This document shows, one piece after another, positions 29,677-40,414 of a stretch of 64,000 nucleotides of DNA. The position numbers and the translations under genes are program-made. Each line of letters opens with the position of its first letter. Within the stretch, counting starts at the first letter, position 1. The DNA is from Acidobacteriota bacterium (GTDB lineage Bacteria; Acidobacteriota; Thermoanaerobaculia; Multivoradales; Multivoraceae), in the NCBI GenBank assembly GCA_036337765.1, contig JAYZDP010000139.1, forward strand, positions 13,923 to 77,922, in the 5' to 3' direction. Below the pieces are notes generated by a model, which saw nothing but the letters and a program-made list of their open reading frames with translations, was not told the DNA's origin and made no database searches.

Positions 29677-31188
29677 ATGCGTCTCACTGGAGTCTTTCTC
29701 TACTTCGGCATTCTCGTGGTGATCGGCATCGTCGCGTCGCGGCGAGTGCACGATGTGCGCGACTACTTCGCGGCAGGCAAGAAGTTGGGCTACTGGGTCG
29801 CGGCCTTCTCGGCGCGCGCGACCGGCGAGTCAGCCTGGCTGCTGCTGGGGCTGACCGGCATGGGGGCGGCGGTCGGCGTGCAGGCATTCTGGGTCGTCCT
29901 GGGCGAGGTCATCGGTGTCGGTGGTGCTTGGCTCTTCATGTGCCGACGATTCAAGAATCTCACCGATCGCTACGACTCGATCACGGTTCCCGACTACCTC
30001 GAGAGCCGCTTTCGCGATGACTCTCACCGCCTCCGCCTCGCCTCCGCGACATGTCTGGTGGTTTTCGTCACTATCTACGTCAGCGCCCAGATCGACGCGA
30101 CCGGAACCGCCTTCGAGAGCTTCCTCGGTTGGAACTACTACGTCGGGGCGCTGCTGGGTTTCGCCGTGGTGCTGGCCTACATCCTCGCAGGAGGCTTTCT
30201 GGCGGTGGCCTGGTCGGACCTCTTCCAGGGCACCCTCATGGTGCTGGGCCTGGTTGCACTCCCGCTGATCGCCCTGGCGACGATCGGTCCGTCCGAAGTG
30301 GCTCACAACCTGGGCGAGATCGACCCGAATCTGCTGTCGTGGTCGGGCGCCGATGGCTGGAGCGCGCTGGCGATCGCGAACACTCTGGGCCTCGCCTTGA
30401 TCGGGCTCGGTTTTCTCGGTTCGCCCCAGGTGTTCGTGCGCTTTCTGGCGATGCGCACCGCAAGAGACATCCCGAAGGGAACGATCATCGCGATCGCCTG
30501 GACGCTACTCGCCGATAGTGGCGCCGTATGCATCGGCCTCATGGGCCGGGCGCTTCTCACCCGCTCGGGAGCAGACGTCACGGAGATCCTCGGCCCGAGC
30601 GGCCAGGAGGTGCTGCCGCTCCTGGTCGAGTCGGTGCTGCCGACGTTTCTGGTCGGCGTCTACATCGCCATCGTGCTGGCGGCGACCATGTCGACCGTCG
30701 ACTCGCTCTTGATTCTGGCGTCTAGCGCCGCGGTCCGCGACTACGTGCAGAAGGTGCGTCGACCCGATCTCTCAGATGCGTCTCTGGTCCCCGCCAGCCG
30801 ACGAACGACCCTGGTCATCGCCACCTTCGCCCTGGCGGTGGCCATGACTGTGGCCGTCACGAGCCCGAACCGAACGATCTTCTGGTTCGTCATCTTTGGC
30901 TGGTCGGGCATCGCAGCGACCTTCTGCCCGGTCATGATTCTGTCGTTGTACTGGTCGCGTTTGACGGTACGCGGGGCACTCGCCGGCATGTTCACCGGCT
31001 TTCTGGGCGTTCCGATCTTCAAGTTCGCAGCACCCCTTCTTCCCGGAGTCGGGCACCTGTTCGTCGGCCTGGCAGAGCTCGGTCCCGCCTTCGCCGTTTC
31101 CGGATTGATCGCGATCCTCACGAGCCTGGGCGACCGGCGTGGTCAGCAAAGGCTCCACGGGGTGGCCGAAGAGATCGCCAGCGCGTAA
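29677..31188 (+). CDS. putP: Sodium/proline symporter (SSS family)
   Basis: DYFAAG, SARATGESAW, LGSPQVFVRF and AATMSTVDS motifs. Confidence 0.85.
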   Translation: MRLTGVFLYFGILVVIGIVASRRVHDVRDYFAAGKKLGYWVAAFSARATGESAWLLLGLTGMGAAVGVQAFWVVLGEVIGVGGAWLFMCRRFKNLTDRYDSITVPDYLESRFRDDSHRLRLASATCLVVFVTIYVSAQIDATGTAFESFLGWNYYVGALLGFAVVLAYILAGGFLAVAWSDLFQGTLMVLGLVALPLIALATIGPSEVAHNLGEIDPNLLSWSGADGWSALAIANTLGLALIGLGFLGSPQVFVRFLAMRTARDIPKGTIIAIAWTLLADSGAVCIGLMGRALLTRSGADVTEILGPSGQEVLPLLVESVLPTFLVGVYIAIVLAATMSTVDSLLILASSAAVRDYVQKVRRPDLSDASLVPASRRTTLVIATFALAVAMTVAVTSPNRTIFWFVIFGWSGIAATFCPVMILSLYWSRLTVRGALAGMFTGFLGVPIFKFAAPLLPGVGHLFVGLAELGPAFAVSGLIAILTSLGDRRGQQRLHGVAEEIASA

Positions 31189-31255
31189 TGCCCGCCCGTT
31201 GGGGCGCTATACTCCCCAGCCGTCGAGGAGGAAAACCTCGCCTCAACGGTCACTT

Positions 31256-31331
31256 GGCGGTGTAGCTCAGTCGGTAGAGCAAGCGGCTCATATCCGCTGC
31301 GTCAGGGGTTCGAGTCCCTTCACCGCCACCA
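31256..31331 (+). tRNA. tRNA-Met(CAT), probably elongator
   Basis: Acceptor GGCGGTG/CACCGCC; TAGCTCAG D-arm; anticodon arm AGCGG-CTCATAT-CCGCT; GGTTCGAGTCC T-arm; encoded CCA. Confidence 0.93.
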
Positions 31332-32362
31332 TGAACCTTCTGCCGCACATCGAGCGATTTCTCGTCGATGACGCGGGCATCGAGCCGGGAGACGGCGTCG
31401 TGGTCGCGTTTTCGGGTGGGGGCGATTCGACGATCCTCCTCTGGAGCTTGGCGCAGCTCGCCGAGAGGCTGCGACTCCGCCTGGTCGCCGCGCATCTCGA
31501 CCACAACAGCGATCCCGACTCGTCCGACCGCTGTGAGAAGGCCGCGGGAGTCGCGGCGGAGATCGGCGTCGCGTTCGAGAGCGGCCTCGCCGCGGGCCAG
31601 ATCGACCCGCAACGCAACGGTCTCGAGGCCAGTCTCCGGCGGCTGCGCTATCGCTTTCTGTCCGACGCGCGCCACCGGCACGGCTCGCGATTCGTCGCCA
31701 CCGCTCACCATCGCGACGATCAGGCGGAGACCGTGCTCCTACGGATGCAGTTCGGCTCGGGTCCCCTGGGCCTTGCCGGCATCCGCGACCGCGATGGCCA
31801 GACCCTGCGGCCGCTCCTACCCTTCACCCGCCTCGAGCTCATGCAGGCAGCGCGAGAGGTCGGCCTCACCTGGGTCGAGGACCCGACGAACCGCGACCTC
31901 ACCCGGCCGCGCAACCGGCTGCGCCATGCGACTCTGCCGGCCCTCGAACTAGGCGTGGCGGATCTCAGACCACGCCTCGACCGGCTGGCGACGCAGGCTG
32001 GGCGGGCGCGCGAGGCCACCCGCGACAGGCTGCACACGGCGCTGCGGCCGATCGTAGTGCGAGACGGGGCAAGTGTAGTGCTCTCGACCCTCGCCGGTCT
32101 ACCAGACGCCCTTCTGGGGCCGGCCATGGCCCTGCTTCAGGACCTCGCTGGGGCAGAATATCCGCCGCCGGCGAAGGCAGTGGAAGAACTCCGGCGCCAG
32201 ATCGGCGCCGGGCACGGAATTGGCTGCGACTGCGGAGCGTTCTGGCGTTGGGAGGGGTGCGAAGGCCGCATCCACATTGGTCGTCGCAGAACGAATGCCC
32301 CGGTTTTCCCGTATACTTTAAAGCTATCCGGAGGTCGCGCACATGCTTCCTCAGCCGGGTAA
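31331..32362 (+). CDS. tilS: tRNA(Ile)-lysidine synthetase (short form)
   Basis: AFSGGGDS, AHLDH, TAHHRDDQAET, RPLL and EDPTN...RNRLR motifs. Confidence 0.9.
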   Translation: MNLLPHIERFLVDDAGIEPGDGVVVAFSGGGDSTILLWSLAQLAERLRLRLVAAHLDHNSDPDSSDRCEKAAGVAAEIGVAFESGLAAGQIDPQRNGLEASLRRLRYRFLSDARHRHGSRFVATAHHRDDQAETVLLRMQFGSGPLGLAGIRDRDGQTLRPLLPFTRLELMQAAREVGLTWVEDPTNRDLTRPRNRLRHATLPALELGVADLRPRLDRLATQAGRAREATRDRLHTALRPIVVRDGASVVLSTLAGLPDALLGPAMALLQDLAGAEYPPPAKAVEELRRQIGAGHGIGCDCGAFWRWEGCEGRIHIGRRRTNAPVFPYTLKLSGGRAHASSAG

Positions 32363-32458
32363 GGAGCAGTGTAGGGGAGGATTCTCCAAGCACCCGTACT
32401 CATGTACCGGTGAAATCGACGCCCGATCTTTTCTGCACGGAGCCGAAAGGTCTCTAGT

Positions 32459-34450
32459 TTGAGTTCAACCATCAAAACGCTTCTTCTCTGGGCCGTCATC
32501 TTCGTGGTGGTCATCCTGCTCTGGAACACGTTCCAGACCGGGAAAGCGGCTCCCGAGGAACTCACCTACACGGACTTCGTCGCTGAGCTCGACGACGGCA
32601 ACATCGAGACCATCACCATTCAGGGCGCGCAGATCACGGGCAAGCTCACACCGTCCGGCCGCTTCCCCGATGGCGGTGACTTCGTGACCCAGGCCCGTGT
32701 CACCGACGGCCTGGTCGAGAAACTCGAGGCGCACGACGTGATCGTCACCTTCGAGAAGCCGCGCGAGTCGACGCTCGTGACCATGCTGATCAGCTGGGCG
32801 CCGATCCTGGTTCTCGTCGGTCTGTGGATTTTCTTCATGCGCCAGATGCAGACCGGCGGCAACCGGGCGCTGTCGTTTGGCAAGTCGAAGGCGAAGCTCC
32901 TGAGCTCGACCGGCAAGAAGGTGACCTTCAAGGACGTCGCCGGGATCGAAGAGGCGAAAGACGAGCTGCTCGAGATCGTCGAGTTCCTCAAAGATCCGCA
33001 GAAGTTCCAGAAGCTGGGCGGCAAGATCCCGAAAGGTGTCCTGCTCATGGGCCCGCCGGGAACCGGTAAGACGCTCCTGGCGCGGGCGATCTCGGGCGAG
33101 GCCAACGTTCCCTTCTTCTCGATCTCGGGCTCCGACTTCGTCGAGATGTTCGTCGGAGTTGGCGCGAGTCGGGTGCGCGATCTCTTCGAGCAGGGCAAGA
33201 AAAACGCTCCCTGCATCATCTTCATCGATGAGATCGACGCCGTCGGCCGCCACCGTGGTGCTGGCCTCGGCGGTGGCCACGATGAGCGCGAGCAGACCCT
33301 GAACCAACTGCTCGTCGAAATGGATGGCTTCGAGACAAATGAGGGCGTCATCCTGATCGCCGCGACCAACCGGCCCGACGTGCTCGATCCGGCTCTCCTA
33401 CGGCCCGGCCGCTTCGATCGGCGGGTGGTCGTCGACCGGCCCGACGTACTCGGCCGACTCGGCATCCTGCGGGTACACACCCGCAACATCCCGCTCAACG
33501 AAGACGTCGATCTCGAGATCCTGGCCAGGGGCACGCCCGGCTTCGCCGGCGCCGATCTCGCCAACCTCGTCAACGAGGGCGCTCTCATCGCTGCCCGCCG
33601 CGGCAAGAAGACGGTCGAGATGGAGGACTTCGAGTACTCCAAGGACAAGGTCCTGATGGGCGTCGAGCGCAAAACGATGATGCTGACGGAGGGCGAGAAG
33701 GAGATCACCGCCTACCACGAGGCCGGTCACGCCATCGTCGCCGTTTTCCAGCCCGAGGCCGATCCCCTGCACAAGGTCACGATCATTCCCCGTGGCCGCG
33801 CGCTCGGTCTGACCATGCAGTTGCCGCTGGACGACACCCACACCTACAAGAAGAAGTACGTCCAGGCGCAGATCGCCATCCTCATGGGCGGTCGCGTAGC
33901 CGAAGAGCAGACCCAGGACGACATCACCACTGGCGCCGGCAACGACATCGATCGTGCCACCGAGCTGGCGCGCCAGATGGTCTGCGACTGGGGTATGTCG
34001 AACCTCGGGCCGCTGTCCTACGGAGGTGCCGGCGACGAGCCCGTCTTTCTCGGCCGAGATCTGAACTCCCGCAGCGAGTACTCCGACGAGACCGCACGGC
34101 GCATCGACAAGGAGATCGAGTCGATCGTCGACACCGGCCATCAGAAGGCCCGCCAGATCCTGACCGATCATCACGACGTCCTCGACCGGGTCGCCCAACA
34201 GCTCCTAGAGCACGAGGTTCTGGACGGCGACGAGGTCTACGGCATCGTCGAGGAGATGACCGGCAAGGCGCTGAAGCCGGTTCGTTCCCGCCTCAGCGAA
34301 AGACTGCCGGAAGAGGCCGAAGAGGAAGACTCGGCGGCGGCGATGGTGACGGAAGAGGAAAACGAGGACGGCGGCGCCTACCCCGGCTCACCCGAGCCGG
34401 CCCCCGCGCAGTTTTCCTCCCTTCCCCCGCAGGCCCCCGGAAACGACTAG
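32459..34450 (+). CDS. ftsH: ATP-dependent zinc metalloprotease FtsH
   Basis: Two TM segments; [16 protein letters not shown] region and HEAGH. Confidence 0.97.
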   Translation: MSSTIKTLLLWAVIFVVVILLWNTFQTGKAAPEELTYTDFVAELDDGNIETITIQGAQITGKLTPSGRFPDGGDFVTQARVTDGLVEKLEAHDVIVTFEKPRESTLVTMLISWAPILVLVGLWIFFMRQMQTGGNRALSFGKSKAKLLSSTGKKVTFKDVAGIEEAKDELLEIVEFLKDPQKFQKLGGKIPKGVLLMGPPGTGKTLLARAISGEANVPFFSISGSDFVEMFVGVGASRVRDLFEQGKKNAPCIIFIDEIDAVGRHRGAGLGGGHDEREQTLNQLLVEMDGFETNEGVILIAATNRPDVLDPALLRPGRFDRRVVVDRPDVLGRLGILRVHTRNIPLNEDVDLEILARGTPGFAGADLANLVNEGALIAARRGKKTVEMEDFEYSKDKVLMGVERKTMMLTEGEKEITAYHEAGHAIVAVFQPEADPLHKVTIIPRGRALGLTMQLPLDDTHTYKKKYVQAQIAILMGGRVAEEQTQDDITTGAGNDIDRATELARQMVCDWGMSNLGPLSYGGAGDEPVFLGRDLNSRSEYSDETARRIDKEIESIVDTGHQKARQILTDHHDVLDRVAQQLLEHEVLDGDEVYGIVEEMTGKALKPVRSRLSERLPEEAEEEDSAAAMVTEEENEDGGAYPGSPEPAPAQFSSLPPQAPGND

Positions 34451-34464
34451 ATGTCCCAAACGGG

Positions 34465-35379
34465 ATGACCTCGAGCCCCCGAGCCGCGGTTGAGGGATCG
34501 AGGCGCCGCGGCACGTCGCCGTGGTCGCTACGCCTGCCGGGCGACCGCCGCATCGTTCGCGGGTCGCTCCCCCCGCTCATGGCGCTCGTCAATCTGACGC
34601 CGGCCTCCTTCAGTGACGGCGACCGGTTCACCGGAGCGGAGCCGGCAGTCGCCCCCCGGCGCGACAAGCTCCGTGACGGAGCCGACATCCTCGACCTGGG
34701 AGCCGCGTCGTCGAGGCCAGGCGGCGGCGTGTACGGCGGCGGCGCCGACGAGGTCTCCGTTGACGAGGAGTGGCACCGTCTGGGTCCTGTTCTCGAAGGC
34801 CTGCGCGATCTCACCGACGCCCCGATCTCGGTCGACACCCGCAAGGCCGAGGTCGCTCGACGTGCACTCGACGCCGGCGCCGACCTCGTTAACGACGTCT
34901 CGTGTCTCGGCGACCCCGACATGGCACCGCTGGTGGCGCAGCGAGACGTCCCGGTAGTGCTCATGCACAGCCGCGGCGAGCTCCGGACCATGCAGCGCGG
35001 TATCTCCTTTCGAGACGTTGTCTCAGAGGTGACCGCCGAGCTCGCGGCAGCCGTAGAAGGCGCGTCCGAAGCCGGTATCGCGCGCGATCAAATCGTCGTC
35101 GACCCGGGCCTCGGCTTCGGCAAGACCTACGAGCAGAACCTCACGCTTCTCGCACAGCTTCCCAGGTTGGGCGAGCTCGGCCTGCCAATCCTCGTCGGCG
35201 CGAGCCGCAAGAGCTTCCTCGGCAAGCTGGGCGGCGACCCAGCGCCGCAGAGGCTGATCCCGAGCCTCGCCGCCGCGGCCTGGTCGGCGGCCAAGGGCGC
35301 CGACATCGTAAGGGTTCACGACGCCGCCGAGACCTGCGCTCTGCTCCGGGTCTGGAACGCGATCGCAGGTGCCGAGTGA
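34465..35379 (+). CDS. folP: Dihydropteroate synthase
   Basis: SFSDG, SVDT, NDVS, DPGLGFGK, SRKSF and RVHD motifs. Confidence 0.92.
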   Translation: MTSSPRAAVEGSRRRGTSPWSLRLPGDRRIVRGSLPPLMALVNLTPASFSDGDRFTGAEPAVAPRRDKLRDGADILDLGAASSRPGGGVYGGGADEVSVDEEWHRLGPVLEGLRDLTDAPISVDTRKAEVARRALDAGADLVNDVSCLGDPDMAPLVAQRDVPVVLMHSRGELRTMQRGISFRDVVSEVTAELAAAVEGASEAGIARDQIVVDPGLGFGKTYEQNLTLLAQLPRLGELGLPILVGASRKSFLGKLGGDPAPQRLIPSLAAAAWSAAKGADIVRVHDAAETCALLRVWNAIAGAE

Positions 35380-36173
35380 TGTCGCTGGCCGATTTCCTCG
35401 ACACCGTCACGGTCCTCGACCTGGTCGACATCCTGGCAGTGACGCTGATCATCTACGCGCTTTTGCTGCTCATTCAGCGCACCCGGGCGGTGCGCGTGCT
35501 ACTCGGCATCCTGGTGATTTTGGGCGTCTACTTTCTCGCCCGGGTCCTCAACCTGAAAACGCTTGAGACCCTGGTAAGCAACGTCATGGTCTTTCTGCCG
35601 TTCGCAGCGGTCGTGCTCTTTCGCGACCAGATTCGGAGCGCATTGGCGCAGTTCGGCTCGACCTCACTATGGGGGTTGGGCAACCGCGCCAACCCAGAGT
35701 CGACCCTGAACGAGATCGTGCTCGCGGCCACGGCGCTGGCGCGGGAACGCACGGGGGCATTGATCGTAGTCGAGCGCGAGCTCGGCCTGCGCGAGTTCAT
35801 CGAAGGCGGCCGCGAGCTCGACGCGGCCCTCGTCTGCGACCTGCTGGTGAACATCTTCACTCCCGGGGCGCCGCTTCACGACGGCGCTGTGATCGTGCGT
35901 GACGATCGAATCGCCGCCGCCGCTTGCTTTCTCCCCCTCACCCGTCAGACCGGCCTCCCAACCGATCTGGGCACGCGCCACCGAGCTGCAATCGGCATCT
36001 CCGACGAGAGCGACGCCTTGGCGGTCGTAGTCTCGGAAGAGACGGGCAGCATCCGCGTGGCGTACCGTGGAGATCTGACCGCCGGGCTCGACACGGACAC
36101 CCTCCGCGACACCCTCTTCAAACGACTGATTCACGTGGACGAGAACGATACCGAGGAGGGCGACGGTGGGTAA
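35379..36173 (+). CDS. cdaA: Diadenylate cyclase CdaA
   Basis: ATG overlaps the folP stop; three TM segments; PLHDGA and GTRHRAA motifs. Confidence 0.92.
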   Translation: MSLADFLDTVTVLDLVDILAVTLIIYALLLLIQRTRAVRVLLGILVILGVYFLARVLNLKTLETLVSNVMVFLPFAAVVLFRDQIRSALAQFGSTSLWGLGNRANPESTLNEIVLAATALARERTGALIVVERELGLREFIEGGRELDAALVCDLLVNIFTPGAPLHDGAVIVRDDRIAAAACFLPLTRQTGLPTDLGTRHRAAIGISDESDALAVVVSEETGSIRVAYRGDLTAGLDTDTLRDTLFKRLIHVDENDTEEGDGG

Positions 36174-36885
36174 CGGCAACTCTGCGGGTCCCCGGCCCGA
36201 CGGGCACTGGCCACTGCGCTTTCTCAGCGTAGCGATCGCCGTGGTGTTGTGGCTGGTGTACTCGTACGCCGACCGCGAACAGTCGCTTCTCGAGCGTGCC
36301 TTCAACGAGGTGAACGTCACCTATGAAACGCCCGACGGCTTCATCCTCCTCAATCCGGTGAGCACCGTCGCGCTGCGGGTCAGCGGTCCGGAGGATGCGA
36401 TCCAGGGTCTGCAGCCCTTCGATCTAGGCTGCACGCTGACGCTCGTCGCCGAGGCGGGTATTCAGGAGGTACTGCTCGAGGAGGATTGCGTAAGCCGCCC
36501 TGCCAGAGTCTCCGTCACGAGCTTGACCCCGGATCGGTTGTCGCTCGAGATCGACCGGGAGATCGAAAAGACGCTGACGGTGTACGTCGATCCGGTCGGC
36601 GAGCCCGCGGCAGGCGCCCTGGAGGGCGAGCACGGGGTCTTTCCGGCCCAGGTGACCCTGGTCGGTCCGGCAAGGCTCCTCGAGCGCCGCGACCGCATCG
36701 CGGCTACGGTCGACATCGACGGTCGCGCCCGCAGCTTCGACGGCGAGGTCAGCCTCGACCCCGAAGACCCGCTGCTCCGCATTCTCGGCTCGTCGACGGC
36801 GCGAGTCCAGATCGTGCTCGAGACCCCGCTGCTGCCATCAGAAGCCGTCAACAGTGCCAACGGCGCTGCGGCCGAGGCGCAGTAG
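36166..36885 (+). CDS. cdaR: CdaR/YbbR-like regulator
   Basis: N-terminal TM (SVAIAVVLW), YbbR-like beta repeats, position between cdaA and glmM. Confidence 0.8.
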   Translation: MGNGNSAGPRPDGHWPLRFLSVAIAVVLWLVYSYADREQSLLERAFNEVNVTYETPDGFILLNPVSTVALRVSGPEDAIQGLQPFDLGCTLTLVAEAGIQEVLLEEDCVSRPARVSVTSLTPDRLSLEIDREIEKTLTVYVDPVGEPAAGALEGEHGVFPAQVTLVGPARLLERRDRIAATVDIDGRARSFDGEVSLDPEDPLLRILGSSTARVQIVLETPLLPSEAVNSANGAAAEAQ

Positions 36886-36908
36886 GCCCAGGCGGCCCAC
36901 CTTCGACC

Positions 36909-38249
36909 GTGAAACGGATCTTCGGCACCGACGGTGTGCGTGGGCGGTTCGGCACCCCGCCGATCGACAGGGCCACCATCCGCGCCCTTGGCACCGCACT
37001 CGCCGCCGAGCTCGAATCCCGCGTACAGCCTCGAGCTGCTCACGTCGTCATCGGTGGTGACACCCGCGCCTCGACGCCGACTGTGGCGTCCTGGATCTCG
37101 GCGCCTCTGCTCGACCGAAACACCAGGATCACCTTCGCCGGAGTTGTCCCGACCCCGGCTGTGGCCTACCTGGTCCGAGAGCTGGGCGCCACCGCAGGGA
37201 TCTCCATCTCCGCGAGCCACAACCCGTACCCCGACAACGGAGTGAAGCTCTTCGATCGGCACGGCTACAAGTGGGGTCTAGCGGCAGAGCGAGAGCTCGA
37301 GGCGCAGATGCGACCGGATGCACAGAGCGGACCCGGCGACGATCCGAAGCTCGAAGCGGATGCCTCACTAGCCACGCGTTACGCCGACTCTCTTGTCGCA
37401 GGTCTCGGCGACCGGCGTCTCGCCGGAATGCGTGTAGTTGTCGACACGGCGCAAGGTGCCGCCTACGACCTCGCTGGACAGGTCTTCAAGGCCGCCGGTG
37501 CCGACGTCACGGTTATCGGCAACGAGCCCGACGGGCACAACATCAACGTCGGATACGGCTCGACCGACACGAGGGCCTTGTCGGAAACGGTCATCGCGCG
37601 AGGCGCGCAGATCGGCTTCGCGTTCGACGGGGATGCCGACCGGTGCCTGATCGTCGACGAATGCGGTCGCCTCGTCAACGGCGACGCCGTGCTCTACATC
37701 TGGGCCCGAGCATTGGCGGAGCGCGGCCAGCTGGAGCCCTCCGAGATCGTGGCCACAACCATGTCGAACCTCGGCCTGGAAACGAGCCTTCTTGCGCTCG
37801 GCATCTCTGTGCGTCGCTCGGATGTCGGTGACCGTGAGGTGGTGACCGAAATGAAGCGGAGCGGAGCAATCCTCGGGGGGGAGCAGTCGGGCCACATCGT
37901 GCATCTCGGCCTCGGAACCACCGGCGACGGGACGATGACGGCGCTGCACATCGCAATGCTGGTCGAAAGAGCCCAGCGCCCCATCTCGGAGCTGGTCTCC
38001 GACCTGACGCTTGTCCCGCAGACGCTGCGCAACGTGGAAGTCGCCCAACGAGTCCCCTTCGATGAGGTGGCAGGCCTGGACAGGATCCTCAGCGACATCC
38101 AGGAACGGCTCGGCAACCCGAGTCGAGTGCTCCTGCGCTACAGCGGAACCGAGCCTCTGGTGCGGATCATGATCGAAGGAAGCAGCGAGAGCGAGATCGA
38201 GGCGATGGCGGCCGAGATCGCCGAGCATCTCGACCGCTCACTTCGCTGA
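36909..38249 (+). CDS. glmM: Phosphoglucosamine mutase
   Basis: FGTDGVRG, SASHNP, DGDADR, GGEQSGH and RYSGTEP motifs. Confidence 0.93.
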   Translation: MKRIFGTDGVRGRFGTPPIDRATIRALGTALAAELESRVQPRAAHVVIGGDTRASTPTVASWISAPLLDRNTRITFAGVVPTPAVAYLVRELGATAGISISASHNPYPDNGVKLFDRHGYKWGLAAERELEAQMRPDAQSGPGDDPKLEADASLATRYADSLVAGLGDRRLAGMRVVVDTAQGAAYDLAGQVFKAAGADVTVIGNEPDGHNINVGYGSTDTRALSETVIARGAQIGFAFDGDADRCLIVDECGRLVNGDAVLYIWARALAERGQLEPSEIVATTMSNLGLETSLLALGISVRRSDVGDREVVTEMKRSGAILGGEQSGHIVHLGLGTTGDGTMTALHIAMLVERAQRPISELVSDLTLVPQTLRNVEVAQRVPFDEVAGLDRILSDIQERLGNPSRVLLRYSGTEPLVRIMIEGSSESEIEAMAAEIAEHLDRSLR

Positions 38250-38250
38250 A

Positions 38251-38748
38251 GACCCTCGTCGCTTCGGAGGCAGCGGCCTTGGCCTTTCCATCTGCAAGCT
38301 CCTGGTCGGATTGATGGGCGGTCAGATGCATGTGGAGAGCCAAGGTGGGGTGGGCTCCCTGTTCTGGTTCACGGTTTCTCTCCCAGCGGCCTCGACGAGG
38401 CCACAAGAGCCCGCGGAGTCCAACGACGTTGTCGCGGCGGGCGAGCTCGGCGGCCGCTCTCAGTACCGAGTCCTGATCGCCGAGGACAACCCGGTCAACC
38501 GCCTGGTTACTCACAAGCAGCTGCGCAGCCTCGGATACGAAGTCGACGCAGTGGAAGACGGGTTTCAGCCTCTAGAGGCTCTCGATCAGAAGCGCTACGA
38601 GCTCCTACTCATGGACCCCCAGATGCCCCAGGCTACGACACGGCTCGAAGAATCCGCGCACAGGAGAACGGCGACGGTCATCGCCCTCACGGCTCACGTT
38701 CTTCCCGACGATGCGGCGCCTGCGCCGCTTGAGACAGGCCGGCGGTAG
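38251..38748 (+). pseudogene. Remnant of a hybrid histidine kinase (HATPase G2 box plus degenerate receiver)
   Basis: RRFGGSGLGLSICKLLVGLMGG...FWFTV then VLIAEDNPVN...LLLMD...IALTAH. The 5' part is missing and the receiver is truncated. Confidence 0.8.
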
Positions 38749-38757
38749 GATCCCGCC

Positions 38758-39534
38758 ATGCCCGAAAATGTGAAAAGCGTATGTATCGTGATCGGAGCCG
38801 GAGCCGGTATCGGCGGCAATGTCGGCAAACGATTCGCCGAAGCGGGGTACCACGCCGCTCTCTGCCGACGCTCGGACGAGGACGGCTTGAAGCGGCTCGT
38901 CGATTCGATCGAAAGCGACGGCGGCTCCGCCTCGGGCTACCTGCTGAATGCCGTTCACCCGGAAAGCATCGAAGAACGCGTCGCCGCGGTAGAGGCGGAG
39001 ATCGGCCCGATCGAGGTCGCGGTCTTCAACCTCGGCGCGCAGATCGGCGACCGGGCGCTCGTGGACACGACCTACAAGGCGTTCGAGCTGGGATGGCGTA
39101 TGGCGACCTTCGCGCTGTTTCGGCTCGCCGCGTCGCTGTGCCCGCTGATGGAAGCGCGCGGCAGGGGAACCCTGCTCGTGACCTCCGCGACCGCCGCGAT
39201 GCGTGGCAACAGCGGCCAGCACTCGCACGCCGCCGCCATGGGTGGACGACGGATGTTGTGCCAGTCTCTCAACGCCGAATTCGGACCCAAGGGCATCCAC
39301 GTCGCCCACATCCTGATCGACGGCGCCGTCGACGCACCCGACACTCTGGGCAAGATGCTCGGCCCCGAGCGTTTTCAAGAGCTGCGAGAAACCCGCGGTA
39401 AGGAGCACGACGGCCTGATGCTGCCCGAGAAGATCGCCGACACCTACTTCCACCTGGCCCAGCAGCACCGCTCGACTTGGTCCCACGAGATCGACATGCG
39501 CTCCTTCTCAGACCGCCCCTGGTGGAACCACTAG
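38758..39534 (+). CDS. SDR family oxidoreductase (atypical)
   Basis: GAGAGIGG, TSATAAMRG and HVAHILIDG motifs. Confidence 0.88.
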   Translation: MPENVKSVCIVIGAGAGIGGNVGKRFAEAGYHAALCRRSDEDGLKRLVDSIESDGGSASGYLLNAVHPESIEERVAAVEAEIGPIEVAVFNLGAQIGDRALVDTTYKAFELGWRMATFALFRLAASLCPLMEARGRGTLLVTSATAAMRGNSGQHSHAAAMGGRRMLCQSLNAEFGPKGIHVAHILIDGAVDAPDTLGKMLGPERFQELRETRGKEHDGLMLPEKIADTYFHLAQQHRSTWSHEIDMRSFSDRPWWNH

Positions 39535-39559
39535 CGGGGGGCGCTGGCCGCGCAGGCCC
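39535..39559 (-). repeat. Truncated copy 2 of the intergenic repeat leader
   Basis: CGGGGGGCGCTGGCCGCGCAGGCCC matches the copy 1 leader at 23 of 25 positions. Confidence 0.6.
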
Positions 39560-39799
39560 GAAGGGGGTCGGCTCCCACGTCCTCGCCGCTAATCCTACTC
39601 AGGGAGAACAAGACACAACCGGCCCGTCGTTCGGATCGAAGCACGGGCACTTCGTTTCGTCGATGCAGCTGACGCAGATCTGAAAGTCGAGGACGCACAA
39701 GCCGATGAACTCGCTGTCGACCGGCTTGCCTTTTCGCAGCGATCCACCGCATCGCCGCGGGAATTCCTTAGGCTCTCGGTGAGCCGAACGGGCGCTCGC

Positions 39800-40414
39800 G
39801 ACCGTGGAAGGTCTCAGTGACAGCGAGGCCTACTTCATTCGAGGGGCCTACTACTGCCGACCGGCCTACGCGAAACCCACGAGCGAGGAAGTCTGGTCCG
39901 ACTTCGCCGAGGCCACTGACAGCTTCCTCGCTTTGATGCAGGTGGACCCCGATCACTGTTGGCGCAACCAGTTCCTCCAAAGCGCCCTGGGCGCGCTGGG
40001 TCGCTTCCAACAGAGCAACGAGGTCCAAATCAAGCTGGCTGAGCTCTTGCCCTACCGGGTGCTCAACCAGCAGGCAGCAGCGAGGGGTCTGCAGCGTCGA
40101 GGGGACCTCGCTCGCGCCGAACAGGCTGCCGTAAGCTTAGGTTGGCGATTTCGGGGAAGCCGCCAGATTTGGAGAAGGCCAGCTCCGTCGACAAGCGAGC
40201 CGTCGTACATCCGGCGCTCTTGTTGCGAGTGCGTTCGCGGCTTCTAACCCTGTATGGACGGCGCGGGATGGTCGACCAGAAACAGCAACTCGCCAACGAG
40301 CTCGTCGGCCTACTGGTCTTCGCTGATTCCGACCATCCCATTGCGCTCCAACTCCAGGGTCTGGAAGGCTCCCCCCCGATCGAGGGGTCATCAAGCCCTG
40401 GCGGCGGCCCCTAG
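39800..40414 (+). pseudogene. Degraded TPR-like protein C-terminal remnant
   Basis: Helical fragments YFIRGAYY...LMQVDPDHCW and, in another frame, LLTLYGRRG...ELVGLLVFADSDHPI. No convincing start. Confidence 0.45.

Noticed and set aside
31256-31331. tRNA-Ile2 call because of tilS adjacency
   Set aside because: The GGCGGTG acceptor and CTCATAT loop look more like elongator Met. Not fully excluded.
31256-31331. tRNA as a prophage or island attachment site
   Set aside because: No integrase and no duplicated tRNA 3' end seen in the window.
35379-38249. cdaA-cdaR-glmM as a novel system
   Set aside because: Well-known conserved c-di-AMP gene order.
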